From a virus (lineage: Duplodnaviria; Heunggongvirae; Uroviricota; Caudoviricetes): 58,013 bases of DNA. The stretch lies in IMG/VR virus record IMGVR_UViG_3300045988_029198, positions 1 to 58,013 of that record, one strand, 5' to 3'. The position numbers were made by a program, and so were the translations under genes. The notes beneath the pieces are model-generated. The model was not told the DNA's origin. It did not search any database and worked only from the letters and a program-made list of their open reading frames with translations. Positions 27,171 to 36,662 of the stretch are shown here, piece by piece; within the stretch, counting starts at the first letter, position 1; every line of letters begins with the position of its first letter.

Positions 27171-27506
27171 ATGAAGAAACTGATTCTATGCGCATTACTG
27201 ACAACAACCCTGACAGCCTGTGATAATGCTGCTGATGTTGCCAGTCGTAACGTTGCAACCGCTGCAGCTAACTTTGAAGTAAATCGTCGTATCGTTTTCT
27301 ATAACGTTCGTAACGGTGAGTATCTTTTGTCTATCGAAGGTCGTTGTGCCCGTGAGAACACTAGCAAAGAGATCGAAATCACCTGTAAAACTGGTCCGAA
27401 CGACGTTAAGAAACACTTTATGGGGTTAACCACGGAGGTAACTTATTTCATTGAACAAACAGACCCCCTCGCCAACAGATCAGTATCGTTATCGTGTTAC
27501 TTTTAA
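27171..27506 (+). CDS. lipoprotein (signal peptide and lipobox LTAC); superinfection-exclusion candidate
   Basis: 111 aa, MKKLILCALLTTTLTAC N-terminus. Confidence 0.5.
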   Translation: MKKLILCALLTTTLTACDNAADVASRNVATAAANFEVNRRIVFYNVRNGEYLLSIEGRCARENTSKEIEITCKTGPNDVKKHFMGLTTEVTYFIEQTDPLANRSVSLSCYF

Positions 27507-27558
27507 CCCGATGCAAATTCTCCCGGATCTAAACATCCGTCACCTTGGGGAATAACCT

Positions 27559-27720
27559 ATGGGTAAAAAGAAACGGAAACAGCCTGTCAAGAAAGAACCA
27601 TATAACCCACGACATGTTAATGAGTTATGGGCTAAAGACGTGGACGACTTTACTGAATCTGACTGGAGTAAAGTCACAAGGTTGATCGTTAAATTAAGAC
27701 GATTATCGAGGTACGCGTAA
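27559..27720 (+). CDS. small basic protein (53 aa)
   Basis: ORF below track cutoff; stop overlaps next start (TAATG). Confidence 0.35.
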   Translation: MGKKKRKQPVKKEPYNPRHVNELWAKDVDDFTESDWSKVTRLIVKLRRLSRYA

Positions 27721-27995
27721 TGTGTGACTGTATGAAAAAAGTTGGTGACGAACTTCAAAAACGTCTGATGGTAAAAGTACCAGTAGGTTCGGAAGTCAGC
27801 ACTAACCTGTTTGATAAAGTTGGCTGGGATAATCAGTGTTTCAGTCTGACGTCTGGTAAAACTCACGTTATGTTGAAATATCGTCTTGCATACCGCGCTA
27901 AAAAGAAAAACGGTGAACTGGCGAAGAACTTCACACGCCTGGAAACCAATATCAAAATGTCTTATTGTCCGTTCTGCGGGGAGAAACAGGAATGA
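27720..27995 (+). CDS. zinc-ribbon protein
   Basis: 91 aa with CDC...CPFCG cysteine pairs. Confidence 0.45.
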   Translation: MCDCMKKVGDELQKRLMVKVPVGSEVSTNLFDKVGWDNQCFSLTSGKTHVMLKYRLAYRAKKKNGELAKNFTRLETNIKMSYCPFCGEKQE

Positions 27996-28204
27996 ATAAA
28001 TTAACAGTAGAACAAGCGGTTGTGTTATCTGGTTTTACAGGGTTACTACATGGATCGTTCAACAAATTTCATGAGGGTTTGGAAAAACGAATGGGGCGTC
28101 CGGTATTTAGTCACGAATTGGGTAGTAAAGAGTTTACTGCAAAAGTCAAAGAACTTTACCGTGATGATTTCATGGCAATGCAGCCCGATAACGCCGAGGA
28201 ATGA
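27992..28204 (+). CDS. hypothetical protein
   Basis: ATG at codon 10 of track ORF, ATGA overlap with upstream stop. Confidence 0.45.
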   Translation: MNKLTVEQAVVLSGFTGLLHGSFNKFHEGLEKRMGRPVFSHELGSKEFTAKVKELYRDDFMAMQPDNAEE

Positions 28205-28437
28205 TAATGGGAATGAAACAGATTTGGGATGGTAAAAACCTACCTCCAGTTGGTTGTGAAGTGTTGATCCATCTGGCAAGTATTAACAAGTGGGTGGTAC
28301 GAACTGTTCAGGGTTATGAAATATGGCCTTCTGTTTATGAAAATGATACTGCACATCACAGGATAAACATAAAATTTGAAGATAATGTTCGTCTGTTATG
28401 TGATGTGCGACCTCTTGACTGGCGTGAACCTGATTAA
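28201..28437 (+). CDS. hypothetical protein (shares WDGxxLPPVG motif with 32498..32959)
   Basis: 78 aa; ATGA overlap with upstream gene. Confidence 0.45.
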   Translation: MIMGMKQIWDGKNLPPVGCEVLIHLASINKWVVRTVQGYEIWPSVYENDTAHHRINIKFEDNVRLLCDVRPLDWREPD

Positions 28438-28470
28438 CCCAACGAACCAATATCTTGCTTGACCACTTAA

Positions 28471-28513
28471 CCTCCTGTTGCTAATATTGAGTTAAACAAC
28501 AGGAGGTTTTATT
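28471..28513 (+). terminator. hairpin plus T-run that also sequesters the Shine-Dalgarno sequence of HE3
   Basis: 10-bp stem cctcctgttg/caacaggagg with 16-nt loop, T-run, then TTG start at 28514 eight nt after AGGAGG. Confidence 0.55.
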
Positions 28514-29437
28514 TTGACTAAACGAAAAACAGAACATGAAAGACTTTCAGAGATTTCAGAAATTTGCAAAGGTACTATTTATCATTTTGTCAGATTCTTA
28601 AATGGTTACAAGAATGCATCAAGTAGACTAATAATGCATTGTCAAAAACATGGTGAGTGGGAAACATCCTCTGATTTGATAGTGAATGGTAGAAATTTTT
28701 GTAAGAAATGTAGTAATGAGAACATAGCACTAAAAAATAGTATAGACCAAAAAGAATATGAAAAACGTATCACTAATATTTGTAACTCGCGAGGTTATAA
28801 ATTTGTAAAATGGATTGAAAATTATCATGGTGTTCGCACAAAAGCATTAATAGAATGTACTAAACATGGTCAGTGGGTGTCTTCTGGCAACAACATTACT
28901 ATAAATAAAAGTTTCTGTAAGAAATGTTATTTTGAAAATAAAAAGACACCATTACACATAAGAGAAAAAGAGATAAACGAAAAATGTTTGTCATTAAATT
29001 ATGAATTTTTGGGTTGGGTCAACGGGTATGTTAATCAATACAGTAAGATAAAAATTAAATGTCAAAAACATGGTGAATTTATAACAACACCTACAACATT
29101 ATTACATACTGGCAGACGTTGTGCAGGTTGCGCTACAACAGGTTTTAAAATCAAAAACAAAGCTAGCTTATATGTTTTAAGATCTCTATGTGGTAGTTAT
29201 GTTAAAATAGGTATTAGCAACAATGTTGAAAATAGAATAAAAATATTGAAGAAAAGAACACCTTTCGAATTCAATGTTATTGAAATATATAATTCTGATG
29301 GTAAAACCATTCGTTCACTTGAAAAAGATTTTCATTCTCATTTTGAGTCAGCAGAGTTGACTGGGTTCGATGGTTGTACTGAGTGGTTAAAATGGAATCC
29401 AAATATAACCACTCTGATACGTATAATCACGGGATAA
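28514..29437 (+). CDS. T5orf172-domain putative homing endonuclease (paralogue 3, TTG start)
   Basis: 307 aa; Cys/His repeats plus T5orf172-like core; last 116 bp ~92% identical to the 3' end of paralogue 2; AT-rich. Confidence 0.65.
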   Translation: MTKRKTEHERLSEISEICKGTIYHFVRFLNGYKNASSRLIMHCQKHGEWETSSDLIVNGRNFCKKCSNENIALKNSIDQKEYEKRITNICNSRGYKFVKWIENYHGVRTKALIECTKHGQWVSSGNNITINKSFCKKCYFENKKTPLHIREKEINEKCLSLNYEFLGWVNGYVNQYSKIKIKCQKHGEFITTPTTLLHTGRRCAGCATTGFKIKNKASLYVLRSLCGSYVKIGISNNVENRIKILKKRTPFEFNVIEIYNSDGKTIRSLEKDFHSHFESAELTGFDGCTEWLKWNPNITTLIRIITG

Positions 29438-30386
29438 CATTTATATCTTGAGGGAGAGAATAAGCAACCCTGCAACGGCAATTAATCACATTCGCTGCAC
29501 TACCGTTAGGATCACGAGGAAACATAAGTGGTCCTAACGGCGTTGAAAACGGTCTGTCCATTGGTATCCAGCCATTCGTTTCACCTGTGGAAATATGCGC
29601 GTCACGTGTCCGACCATCCTTCCTGTACAACCAACGTTTTAATAACTCGTTACTGATTGACCCTGTAACCTGCCCTTGACGAATAGCCTGGTCCTGACCA
29701 ACTGATACAGCACGAAGTGATTCAGTACGCGCTATTGTCTCTGTACGCTGTTTTACGTAACGCAAGCGTGTCTGTTCGATTATCTGGTCAATCTTCGCCT
29801 GTGATAGTTTCCCTGCACTTACAGCGTTCTTTGCACTGTCTGTAACTGTTGTCAGACTGTTCACATAACCTGCTTCACCTTTTTCCAGTGCTGATCGCAG
29901 ACGTTGAACCGTCATTTCCTGCCGTGTGGTTAACCCTATTGACGATCGAAAATCACGAGCTATCTGACGCGGATTTCGTCCAGTTACCACACCCTGGTTA
30001 ACAGCAATCTGAACAGCTTTGACTGTTTCATCACTGACTTCACGGATCAGTTGTCCGACATAGTTGTTGATGTATGTACTGACCTGTGGGGTTACCAGAC
30101 TGAACACAACCGGACCTGTCACAGCCGCTTTCGGTAGAACCTGAACGACTACACGACCTGATTCAGCGATCGCATCTTCAATAACCGGGCGCAACTGTGC
30201 ACTAAGTTCATCAGGAAGTGTTTCAAGAATGGGGAGTAACCCGGCAATACCTTGGGTTTCAATAATGTATTCCAGGTTGGCTAACGACTCACTACGACGC
30301 ACGTTTTCCCACACAACGTCCAGTGCTTCACGAATGCGAGCATCATATTTGTCTGAAATATCCGGGTATGGGTCTTTAGTAGCCAT
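29427..30386 (-). CDS. head morphogenesis protein (Mu F / SPP1 gp7-like)
   Basis: 319 aa; C-terminal RDAHISTGETNGW...NCRCRV motif; between portal and scaffold genes. Confidence 0.6.
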   Translation of the reverse strand: MATKDPYPDISDKYDARIREALDVVWENVRRSESLANLEYIIETQGIAGLLPILETLPDELSAQLRPVIEDAIAESGRVVVQVLPKAAVTGPVVFSLVTPQVSTYINNYVGQLIREVSDETVKAVQIAVNQGVVTGRNPRQIARDFRSSIGLTTRQEMTVQRLRSALEKGEAGYVNSLTTVTDSAKNAVSAGKLSQAKIDQIIEQTRLRYVKQRTETIARTESLRAVSVGQDQAIRQGQVTGSISNELLKRWLYRKDGRTRDAHISTGETNGWIPMDRPFSTPLGPLMFPRDPNGSAANVINCRCRVAYSLPQDINVIP

Positions 30387-30414
30387 AAAAAAGCCTCAGT
30401 TAACACACTGAGGC
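30387..30414 (-). terminator. hairpin plus U-run immediately upstream of head morphogenesis start codon
   Basis: stem gcctcag/ctgaggc, 8-nt loop, T-run on minus strand then ATG; GAGG of 3' arm is the only SD candidate. Confidence 0.45.
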
Positions 30415-30559
30415 CGATTATACCACGTGTTACGGGCGTGGAAGATTACGTTTTTCAGTTCCCTGAATGCGGTTCTTAACTTCGCGGATCTGTTCTTCCA
30501 GAAACTGTAACGCTTTTTGTGCTCGTTCGTAGTCTATTTCAAGTTCACGTAATAATTTT

Positions 30560-30754
30560 TCATCTTTTGTCACGAGTATAACGTCCTTTAAAACCGGGTC
30601 TGACCATCAACTTACCATTCACCACTGCGTGAAATTCACCATTGGTGTCATCCATATATTTATAAACTGTCGCTTTGTTACACCCAATCCTCCTGGCAAG
30701 TTCTGTCACATTACCATAAACGGTGGGTAGTAATTCAGAAATAGTTTGAACCAT
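30560..30754 (-). CDS. small helix-turn-helix DNA-binding protein
   Basis: 64 aa; LARRIGCNKATVYKYM HTH-like segment. Confidence 0.5.
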   Translation of the reverse strand: MVQTISELLPTVYGNVTELARRIGCNKATVYKYMDDTNGEFHAVVNGKLMVRPGFKGRYTRDKR

Positions 30755-30936
30755 TATAATAGTTCCCCTCTGTCACGTGCCACACGTTCGATTAACCGAA
30801 TTGTGGCAGACCGTTTATCACCGTCATAAGGTTCTTCATAACGAAGATCGTCTGTGAAAACGATCTGTTCACGGTCACAGTGAATAACAATAATGTCGTA
30901 TTTAACCAGAAGGTCGAATGCTTGTTCACCGTTCAT
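30754..30936 (-). CDS. hypothetical protein
   Basis: track ORF 60 aa, overlapping neighbours in operon arrangement. Confidence 0.4.
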   Translation of the reverse strand: MNGEQAFDLLVKYDIIVIHCDREQIVFTDDLRYEEPYDGDKRSATIRLIERVARDRGELL

Positions 30937-31561
30937 CGTTAAGATATTCCTCTGCGTGTAATGCTGCGTAACTGATCAGATCTTCCAGACTGTCACGATG
31001 TGGTGTTTCAGTGTTGGAATAGAAACGAACCGCTTTTAACAACATCAGGAACAACCATCCTTCACCCGGTGTTAAGTCGCGCCCGGTAATTGTGTTAAAC
31101 GCAGCAACGATTTTAGCTGACGAACGTTCCTGACCAGACGTGTCATACTGCTTACCACGTTCTGTCAGTAGCTGTTCAGCCTGTTTCAGTAAATCAGACG
31201 CTGTTGATGGTTGTTGAACAGGTGTGAATAGATGCGCCAGGTGTAAGTCTGCTAATGACTGTTGTTTATATTTTGTTATTTCATCATTGGTACGAATAGA
31301 ATAACCATGCATGGCTAACTTGTCGTCATTAACACGAGTAACCATTACATCCCGTGGTGAACCTACAGGGCGTTTTTCAACGATTTCCCAGAAATTTTCA
31401 CTTGCCATTATAAAGTCAGTACCTGTTTCAATTCTCATCATGCGTGCATCTGCACGGGGTTCTTCTGACCAGTGATAATCAACACTGAATTTATTAATTT
31501 TCGGTTTAACAACACATGTGGCCCAGTCAGGTGCTTTACTCCAGTTAATGTTACGCATCAT
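30926..31561 (-). CDS. hypothetical protein with conserved C-terminal phage domain
   Basis: 211 aa; GAGGA RBS 5 nt upstream. Confidence 0.45.
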   Translation of the reverse strand: MMRNINWSKAPDWATCVVKPKINKFSVDYHWSEEPRADARMMRIETGTDFIMASENFWEIVEKRPVGSPRDVMVTRVNDDKLAMHGYSIRTNDEITKYKQQSLADLHLAHLFTPVQQPSTASDLLKQAEQLLTERGKQYDTSGQERSSAKIVAAFNTITGRDLTPGEGWLFLMLLKAVRFYSNTETPHRDSLEDLISYAALHAEEYLNDER

Positions 31562-31590
31562 TTATTCCTCATTGGTTAACGTTGACAGAA

Positions 31591-31634
31591 GTTTAAAATA
31601 ATTCTTGACACATTGCAAGCGATCACACTAACAT
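31591..31634 (+). promoter_or_regulatory. conserved promoter module copy
   Basis: GTTTAAAATAATTCTTGACA, 18-bp spacer, TAACAT -10. Confidence 0.65.
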
Positions 31635-31668
31635 TTGTCACGAACGAAACACACTGAGGAATCAAACA

Positions 31669-32175
31669 ATGACTAACCTGTATATCAAAAAAAAACTAAC
31701 ACCCCACGCTGAACTTCCGACACGGGCAACACCAGACAGCGCCGGATTAGACGTTCGTGCTTGTCTGTGGGAAGAATCGGTAACTATATTCACAGAATCA
31801 GGCGCTAAAGTGGAACGTCCAGTTGTTGCAGGAACAATAGCACTATGGCCTGGCGACCGCGCTATGATCCCCACTGGTCTGAAAATGTCAGTTGATAGCG
31901 GATATTGCATTAAATTCTATCCACGTTCCGGCATGAGTCTTAAACACGGTTTGTCACTGATCAACTGTGTGGGTATCGGTGATCGTGATTACAAAGAAGA
32001 ATACTACGTTACGCTGACTAACCACGGGCAGAAATTACAGACTATCGCAGACGGTGAACGCGTTTGTCAGCTCATGGTTGAACGTGTCGAACCTGTTAAT
32101 CTGGTTGAAGTGGAAGAATTACCAGATGTTGATAGTCAGCGTAATGGCGGGTTTGGATCAACAGGACGGGTATGA
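31669..32175 (+). CDS. dut: dUTP diphosphatase (dUTPase)
   Basis: 168 aa; motifs AGLDV, RSGMSLK, GIGDRDYKEE, GERVCQL, RNGGFGSTG. Confidence 0.85.
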   Translation: MTNLYIKKKLTPHAELPTRATPDSAGLDVRACLWEESVTIFTESGAKVERPVVAGTIALWPGDRAMIPTGLKMSVDSGYCIKFYPRSGMSLKHGLSLINCVGIGDRDYKEEYYVTLTNHGQKLQTIADGERVCQLMVERVEPVNLVEVEELPDVDSQRNGGFGSTGRV

Positions 32176-32501
32176 TGAACAATCGTGATTTATTAGTCAA
32201 CGCAGCACGGGCTGCTGAAATCCAGGGTAAATATTACGTCGCGTACGACGAACGTTACATAAACGAAGGTATTGATATAGGTAATGGTCGCCTGTGGAAC
32301 CCTCTTACACGTAATGAGGATGCTTTCAGTCTGATGGTTAACATGTACATGGATCTGGATGTTCGTGACAACGAAGTGACGGTTAATAACCCTGACACCG
32401 GCGTTAATTATAAACAACCAGTTAGCCACGGAGAAGACCGTGAAAAAGCAACGCGTTTAGCGATCGTCAACTGTGCTGCAATTGTGGGGTCGTATTTATG
32501 A
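32172..32501 (+). CDS. hypothetical protein
   Basis: 109 aa; ATGA overlap with dUTPase stop. Confidence 0.45.
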   Translation: MMNNRDLLVNAARAAEIQGKYYVAYDERYINEGIDIGNGRLWNPLTRNEDAFSLMVNMYMDLDVRDNEVTVNNPDTGVNYKQPVSHGEDREKATRLAIVNCAAIVGSYL

Positions 32502-32959
32502 AAAGTTTTTGTGAAAAACACATGCGTGATAACAGTGGTCAAAAACATGGTATTTGTCCTGACTGTGTGAATGAAAAACAACAATGGGATGGTGAAGGTT
32601 TACCACCTGTCGGTACAGTATGCGAGTGGTTAGCAAGCGTTGATCACGATTGGGTAAAAGTAACGGTGTTAGGTCATCATGGTGATGATACATGGTTAAA
32701 ACCTGACGACGGCACACAATCGTTTATTGTAGGTAACGCGGAAAACTTCAGACCTATTCCGAATGAACGTGAAAAGGCTATTGATGAAATTTTGCAAATC
32801 ATCGATCACAATGGTGTAGGTCCTCTTAATTCTGCAAAACAAATTTATGATGCTGGTTACCGTAAATTGTCAGCAAGACCCGGTTTTGAATGGCGCTATG
32901 TTTGTAAATGTTGTGGTACTCGTGTTCAACCAGGTCAGGAACTTAATCATGGGTGCTAA
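32498..32959 (+). CDS. hypothetical Cys-rich protein (shares WDGxxLPPVG motif with 28201..28437)
   Basis: 153 aa; CPDC and CKCCG cysteine clusters. Confidence 0.45.
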   Translation: MKSFCEKHMRDNSGQKHGICPDCVNEKQQWDGEGLPPVGTVCEWLASVDHDWVKVTVLGHHGDDTWLKPDDGTQSFIVGNAENFRPIPNEREKAIDEILQIIDHNGVGPLNSAKQIYDAGYRKLSARPGFEWRYVCKCCGTRVQPGQELNHGC

Positions 32960-32961
32960 CT

Positions 32962-33210
32962 ATGACGATATTTAAAAACGCAATGGGCGATACTGTCGCG
33001 TATCTGCCGAAAGTCATCATTGCAGATCCATCCTGTGTGGATTACCCACACAGCAAGCAATCTGAAGCGACCTACAACGACCTGTGCACCGATATCATAC
33101 GTGGTTGTGACATCGGTATTGAACGACTTCAGAAACTTCGGGAGGAATACGAAAAACGGTCTGTACAGGCTGCAATGGGCTTACCGCCTGTCTACGATAA
33201 TTTAAAATAA
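32962..33210 (+). CDS. hypothetical protein
   Basis: ATG at codon 4 of track ORF with GGGTG upstream. Confidence 0.4.
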   Translation: MTIFKNAMGDTVAYLPKVIIADPSCVDYPHSKQSEATYNDLCTDIIRGCDIGIERLQKLREEYEKRSVQAAMGLPPVYDNLK

Positions 33211-33250
33211 TTCTTGACGGATTACACAAGGACGTGCAACCTACAAACAT
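33201..33250 (+). promoter_or_regulatory. conserved promoter module copy with extended leader (paralogue of 15853..15924)
   Basis: TTTAAAATAATTCTTGACGGATTACACAAGGACGTG.AACCTACA, near-identical to the copy at 15853. Confidence 0.55.
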
Positions 33251-33272
33251 CAAAACAAAGGAGGACACAATC

Positions 33273-33617
33273 ATGTTATTCGCTATTTTATGGGTTCTTT
33301 TCTCTCTGGTTGTCGCTGGTGTTGCCAAACAAACAGGTCGCAACCCTGGTGCATGGTTCTTTATCGCATTTCTCACAAGTCCTGTGATCGGTGGTCTGAT
33401 TCTGCTAATCGCATATCTGTTTAACGGTAAGGTCGTAAGGGAACAACCGAAAGTGGTAACCACGGGGATGTTCAGCAATTACCTTGCAGCCTATAACTAT
33501 GTCAATGAACATTACATTATTGATACTGACTACCGGGCAGAAGCAGCCAGTGACCTGTTTAAGTATGCTACCTGTCGCGAGGACTGTGATAAACTGATTG
33601 CGAAGTATGTTAACTGA
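33273..33617 (+). CDS. small membrane protein
   Basis: ATG at codon 14 of track ORF, AGGAGG 8 nt upstream; two predicted TM helices. Confidence 0.5.
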   Translation: MLFAILWVLFSLVVAGVAKQTGRNPGAWFFIAFLTSPVIGGLILLIAYLFNGKVVREQPKVVTTGMFSNYLAAYNYVNEHYIIDTDYRAEAASDLFKYATCREDCDKLIAKYVN

Positions 33618-33632
33618 CAGGAGAAGACTTAA

Positions 33633-33965
33633 ATGCGTTTTGAAATTCTTGAACTTGTTAAATATGACAAGACTGCTGCTGAAATTCTGGTTGATGCAGT
33701 TGCTGACAACGAAGTGAAATTTAAACTACTTAACAAGGTCTGGAAATACATTGTAACCACGACTATTGTTGAGCAAGCATCACAGTTTAAAGAAGTTGTT
33801 GCTGATATGTACGCGTTCACTGGCGATGATGAAGTCAAACTGCAATTGCTTGATAAAACGCTGGAACGTGCGATCAACAACAGTTATCCGTTACAGACTC
33901 GTATTCAGACTGCGGTTGATGAAGCGAGTAAATTACTGTCAATCGTGCAGCCTGAAACTAAGTAA
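33633..33965 (+). CDS. hypothetical protein
   Basis: 110 aa; AGGAG RBS. Confidence 0.45.
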   Translation: MRFEILELVKYDKTAAEILVDAVADNEVKFKLLNKVWKYIVTTTIVEQASQFKEVVADMYAFTGDDEVKLQLLDKTLERAINNSYPLQTRIQTAVDEASKLLSIVQPETK

Positions 33966-33972
33966 AAATTAA

Positions 33973-33995
33973 GGGACCAGTAACGGTCCCTTTTT
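33973..33995. terminator. rho-independent terminator between convergent genes
   Basis: gggacc-agtaac-ggtccc then TTTTT. Confidence 0.65.
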
Positions 33996-33998
33996 CAT

Positions 33999-35354
33999 TT
34001 AGTCGTCAATAGACGGTAATCCGTCCCCGGCTTTATCAATCCCCGTAATAGGTAGACCCGCCTCTTTATATACGTATTCCTGAAGGTCTGGATCCGGGAA
34101 TACAGGTGCGCCAGCTTGTGCAAGTCGTGCAAGTGCAGTGGTCAACGTTTCAATACTATCTTTACTGATTGACCCGGCGCGAATCGACGGGCGGTATTCA
34201 TCGGGAAATGCGTTTAATGACCATAACTGCGGTATCAACTGACGATTAACACATTCTACAATGCTGTCAATACGTGATTGCATTGCGCGGATCCATAATT
34301 CAGTACGACTACCCAGGTTAGCATTATTCCCGGTATTACCACCCGTTCCGAAAAACATGAAATCTGCCAGTAACGCGCGGGCAATACTGGTATCCAGACG
34401 TTTAATCGTCCGATCAATATCCACGGAACTGGTCTGGTTAGGTGTAACGAATTCCAGTTTCACCTGTTGTTCACCACCATACGTGGTAACACCTGTTTCG
34501 TTATCGTAACCCGTGATATACGGTTTAGAATAAATCACCAGTCCTGATTGTTCATTGCGTTTGATATTAGCGACGATGTTTTCATAGTTATCAATCATCG
34601 CCTGTGCTGCCTGACGTTGTTGTTCAGGAACGTTGGGGTCATTAGCCGCTTTCTTAATATCTGCGTTAACAGTAATTACCGGGAACCCTGTACCACGTTC
34701 GGCAAGTATGGATTCGATTTCCATATTCACTTTTTTGTAGTACCACGGACGATAAGCTGTGCGCAGCAGTGATAAACCTTCCGGGTTACCTTTATTCGGA
34801 CTTGAAATCAAATGAAGCGAACGGTCACGCGTGATTAACGTCGTTGTACCCTGGTTAGGTGAACATTGATAAATACCACGAACATAACCTGTCGGTTCTT
34901 CAATATCCCATCCAGCAAGCGTTTCAGGTGCTACAGGAACCAGACGGGCAATACCCACCGTGCCATCATCAAGATCTTTCACCCAAATGTCATACCAACC
35001 CCAGCCAAACACATCAACATCTGTCCATGTCTGAACGAACGCGGACCAGGTATCATCCGGGAGTGCACCACGAGGATCACCCATTTTATTTTCAATAGCG
35101 TCCTGTAACCATTCTGAATAACGAATAGCTTCTGGATCATCTTTGTCAGATGGGTCAAAAATCCACTGTACAGAACGATAAACGCTACTCATGGCAAACA
35201 GTACACCACCGATCGTTTCGTCGTTCTCAGCCATCTGACGAAGAATACGACGGCCTTGTTTACCGTTCAGTTTAGGAAGGAAATCGTCGTTTACCTGGTT
35301 GCCTGTTCGACTGTACCCGGCAACGGCTAGTTGTTCGAATTGTTGATCAGCCAT
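33999..35354 (-). CDS. portal protein (putative)
   Basis: 451 aa; position between terL and head morphogenesis gene; synteny-based. Confidence 0.55.
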   Translation of the reverse strand: MADQQFEQLAVAGYSRTGNQVNDDFLPKLNGKQGRRILRQMAENDETIGGVLFAMSSVYRSVQWIFDPSDKDDPEAIRYSEWLQDAIENKMGDPRGALPDDTWSAFVQTWTDVDVFGWGWYDIWVKDLDDGTVGIARLVPVAPETLAGWDIEEPTGYVRGIYQCSPNQGTTTLITRDRSLHLISSPNKGNPEGLSLLRTAYRPWYYKKVNMEIESILAERGTGFPVITVNADIKKAANDPNVPEQQRQAAQAMIDNYENIVANIKRNEQSGLVIYSKPYITGYDNETGVTTYGGEQQVKLEFVTPNQTSSVDIDRTIKRLDTSIARALLADFMFFGTGGNTGNNANLGSRTELWIRAMQSRIDSIVECVNRQLIPQLWSLNAFPDEYRPSIRAGSISKDSIETLTTALARLAQAGAPVFPDPDLQEYVYKEAGLPITGIDKAGDGLPSIDD

Positions 35355-35428
35355 GTTTTACAGGCTCCATACGGTTTACGGTTCTTAACGTATGTTATAT
35401 CAGTGATGGTTTTTTTGCACGGTGTTAA

Positions 35429-35465
35429 AATAATTCTTGACGGATTGCAAACGTGCGATTATGTT
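35429..35465 (+). promoter_or_regulatory. conserved promoter module copy
   Basis: TTAAAATAATTCTTGACG, 17-bp spacer, TATGTT -10. Confidence 0.65.
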
Positions 35466-35496
35466 TTAGTCATTAAATCAACAAAGGATGGTAACT

Positions 35497-35808
35497 ATGA
35501 AACCGAATGAAAATATTACACAACTGGATATTGCTTTTGGACCTAAAAACATTGCTGAATTTCTCCCGGCGATGGGTAGTATTCCGAAAGAATTTTTTGA
35601 AAATTCTAACCCGTGGAATCAGTGGGTCAGCAAATGGTTTTTCAATGGTTTGAAAGAATACGCAGTTGCTGTTAACGGTGTGAACTTTAAACAGGCCCAC
35701 GTACACATCAATGTAATTCTTGGTAGTTTCGAACCTAAACACGAACATAAAATTGCCGGGTGTGCGTATCTCGCGTCAATGTGGTTTGTACCGGAGACAG
35801 TTAAATGA
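35497..35808 (+). CDS. hypothetical protein
   Basis: ATG at codon 4 of track ORF; AAGGATGG upstream. Confidence 0.45.
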   Translation: MKPNENITQLDIAFGPKNIAEFLPAMGSIPKEFFENSNPWNQWVSKWFFNGLKEYAVAVNGVNFKQAHVHINVILGSFEPKHEHKIAGCAYLASMWFVPETVK

Positions 35809-35951
35809 ATCCGAGAAATATTACCCGGTCACTGGTTGAAAATTCACGTGTCGATCACTTTGAACGTCGTAAAGTCGAAATTAAACGCTTAATTGCTGCT
35901 GGTCACACTAAAAAACGTGCACAACAAATTGCTAAAAGTAAGGGGTTTTGA
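35805..35951 (+). CDS. small basic protein (48 aa)
   Basis: ORF below track cutoff, ATGA overlap with upstream stop. Confidence 0.35.
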   Translation: MNPRNITRSLVENSRVDHFERRKVEIKRLIAAGHTKKRAQQIAKSKGF

Positions 35952-35954
35952 ATT

Positions 35955-36155
35955 ATGAAAAGTACAATGAAACGTATGGTAAGAGCTTACGATAAAGAAT
36001 TAAAAATATTTTTAGACCTTCGTAACAGTAAGAAAAAACGTCGTAAACAAGCGCGTGAATGTGCTAAAGAATGGCATGACGATAACACCTTAATCGAATG
36101 TCAGGAAGACGCTGATGAATTGGCCCGTGATAACATTTATTACTTAGTCAACTGA
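35955..36155 (+). CDS. hypothetical protein
   Basis: track ORF 66 aa, basic N-terminus. Confidence 0.4.
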   Translation: MKSTMKRMVRAYDKELKIFLDLRNSKKKRRKQARECAKEWHDDNTLIECQEDADELARDNIYYLVN

Positions 36156-36172
36156 ATAACAGGAGAATAATC

Positions 36173-36502
36173 ATGAACCATGTAAACGCTATTCGTTGTA
36201 ACGATGAATATCAGTGTTCACACTGTGGTAAATCGTGGGATATCCACGAAGAAGCGCCAGATTGTAAAATGACACTGGTTGAAATGGGTCTTTATAAAAC
36301 TGTAATGTATTTTGGATTGTCAGTAACTATACCAGAAAACTATACAGTTATTACTACTGATGCTGATGGTGAAGTTTACGCGTGGGAACACGACCCATAC
36401 ATTAGCGGTAGCTCGTGGTATGATCCTGATATTCCGTTTATTCATATATGTAAAGTAAACCTACACGGGCTGAACTGGCGGGAGACTCTTAGAAAATGTT
36501 AA
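36173..36502 (+). CDS. hypothetical protein with CxxC motif
   Basis: 109 aa; AGGAG 8 nt upstream. Confidence 0.45.
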   Translation: MNHVNAIRCNDEYQCSHCGKSWDIHEEAPDCKMTLVEMGLYKTVMYFGLSVTIPENYTVITTDADGEVYAWEHDPYISGSSWYDPDIPFIHICKVNLHGLNWRETLRKC

Positions 36503-36657
36503 TTGGTTATGTACTGGTACTTGTTCTGCATAGTGTGGCTATTGAACCTGTGACAGAACGCATTATGACGTTCGAACAGTGTCAGGGTGCGTTACAAGCT
36601 GAACAGGCTTACAACCCTGGTAAAATTTACGGGTGCGCTGAAGTTTATCGGGACTAA
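36496..36657 (+). CDS. small membrane-anchored protein (53 aa)
   Basis: ORF below track cutoff; hydrophobic N-terminus; start overlaps upstream stop. Confidence 0.35.
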   Translation: MLIGYVLVLVLHSVAIEPVTERIMTFEQCQGALQAEQAYNPGKIYGCAEVYRD

Positions 36658-36662
36658 TCATT

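Noticed and set aside
27540-27866. Track ORF on minus strand across the plus-strand small-gene cassette
   Set aside because: Antisense to coupled plus-strand genes fired by a promoter copy; no RBS
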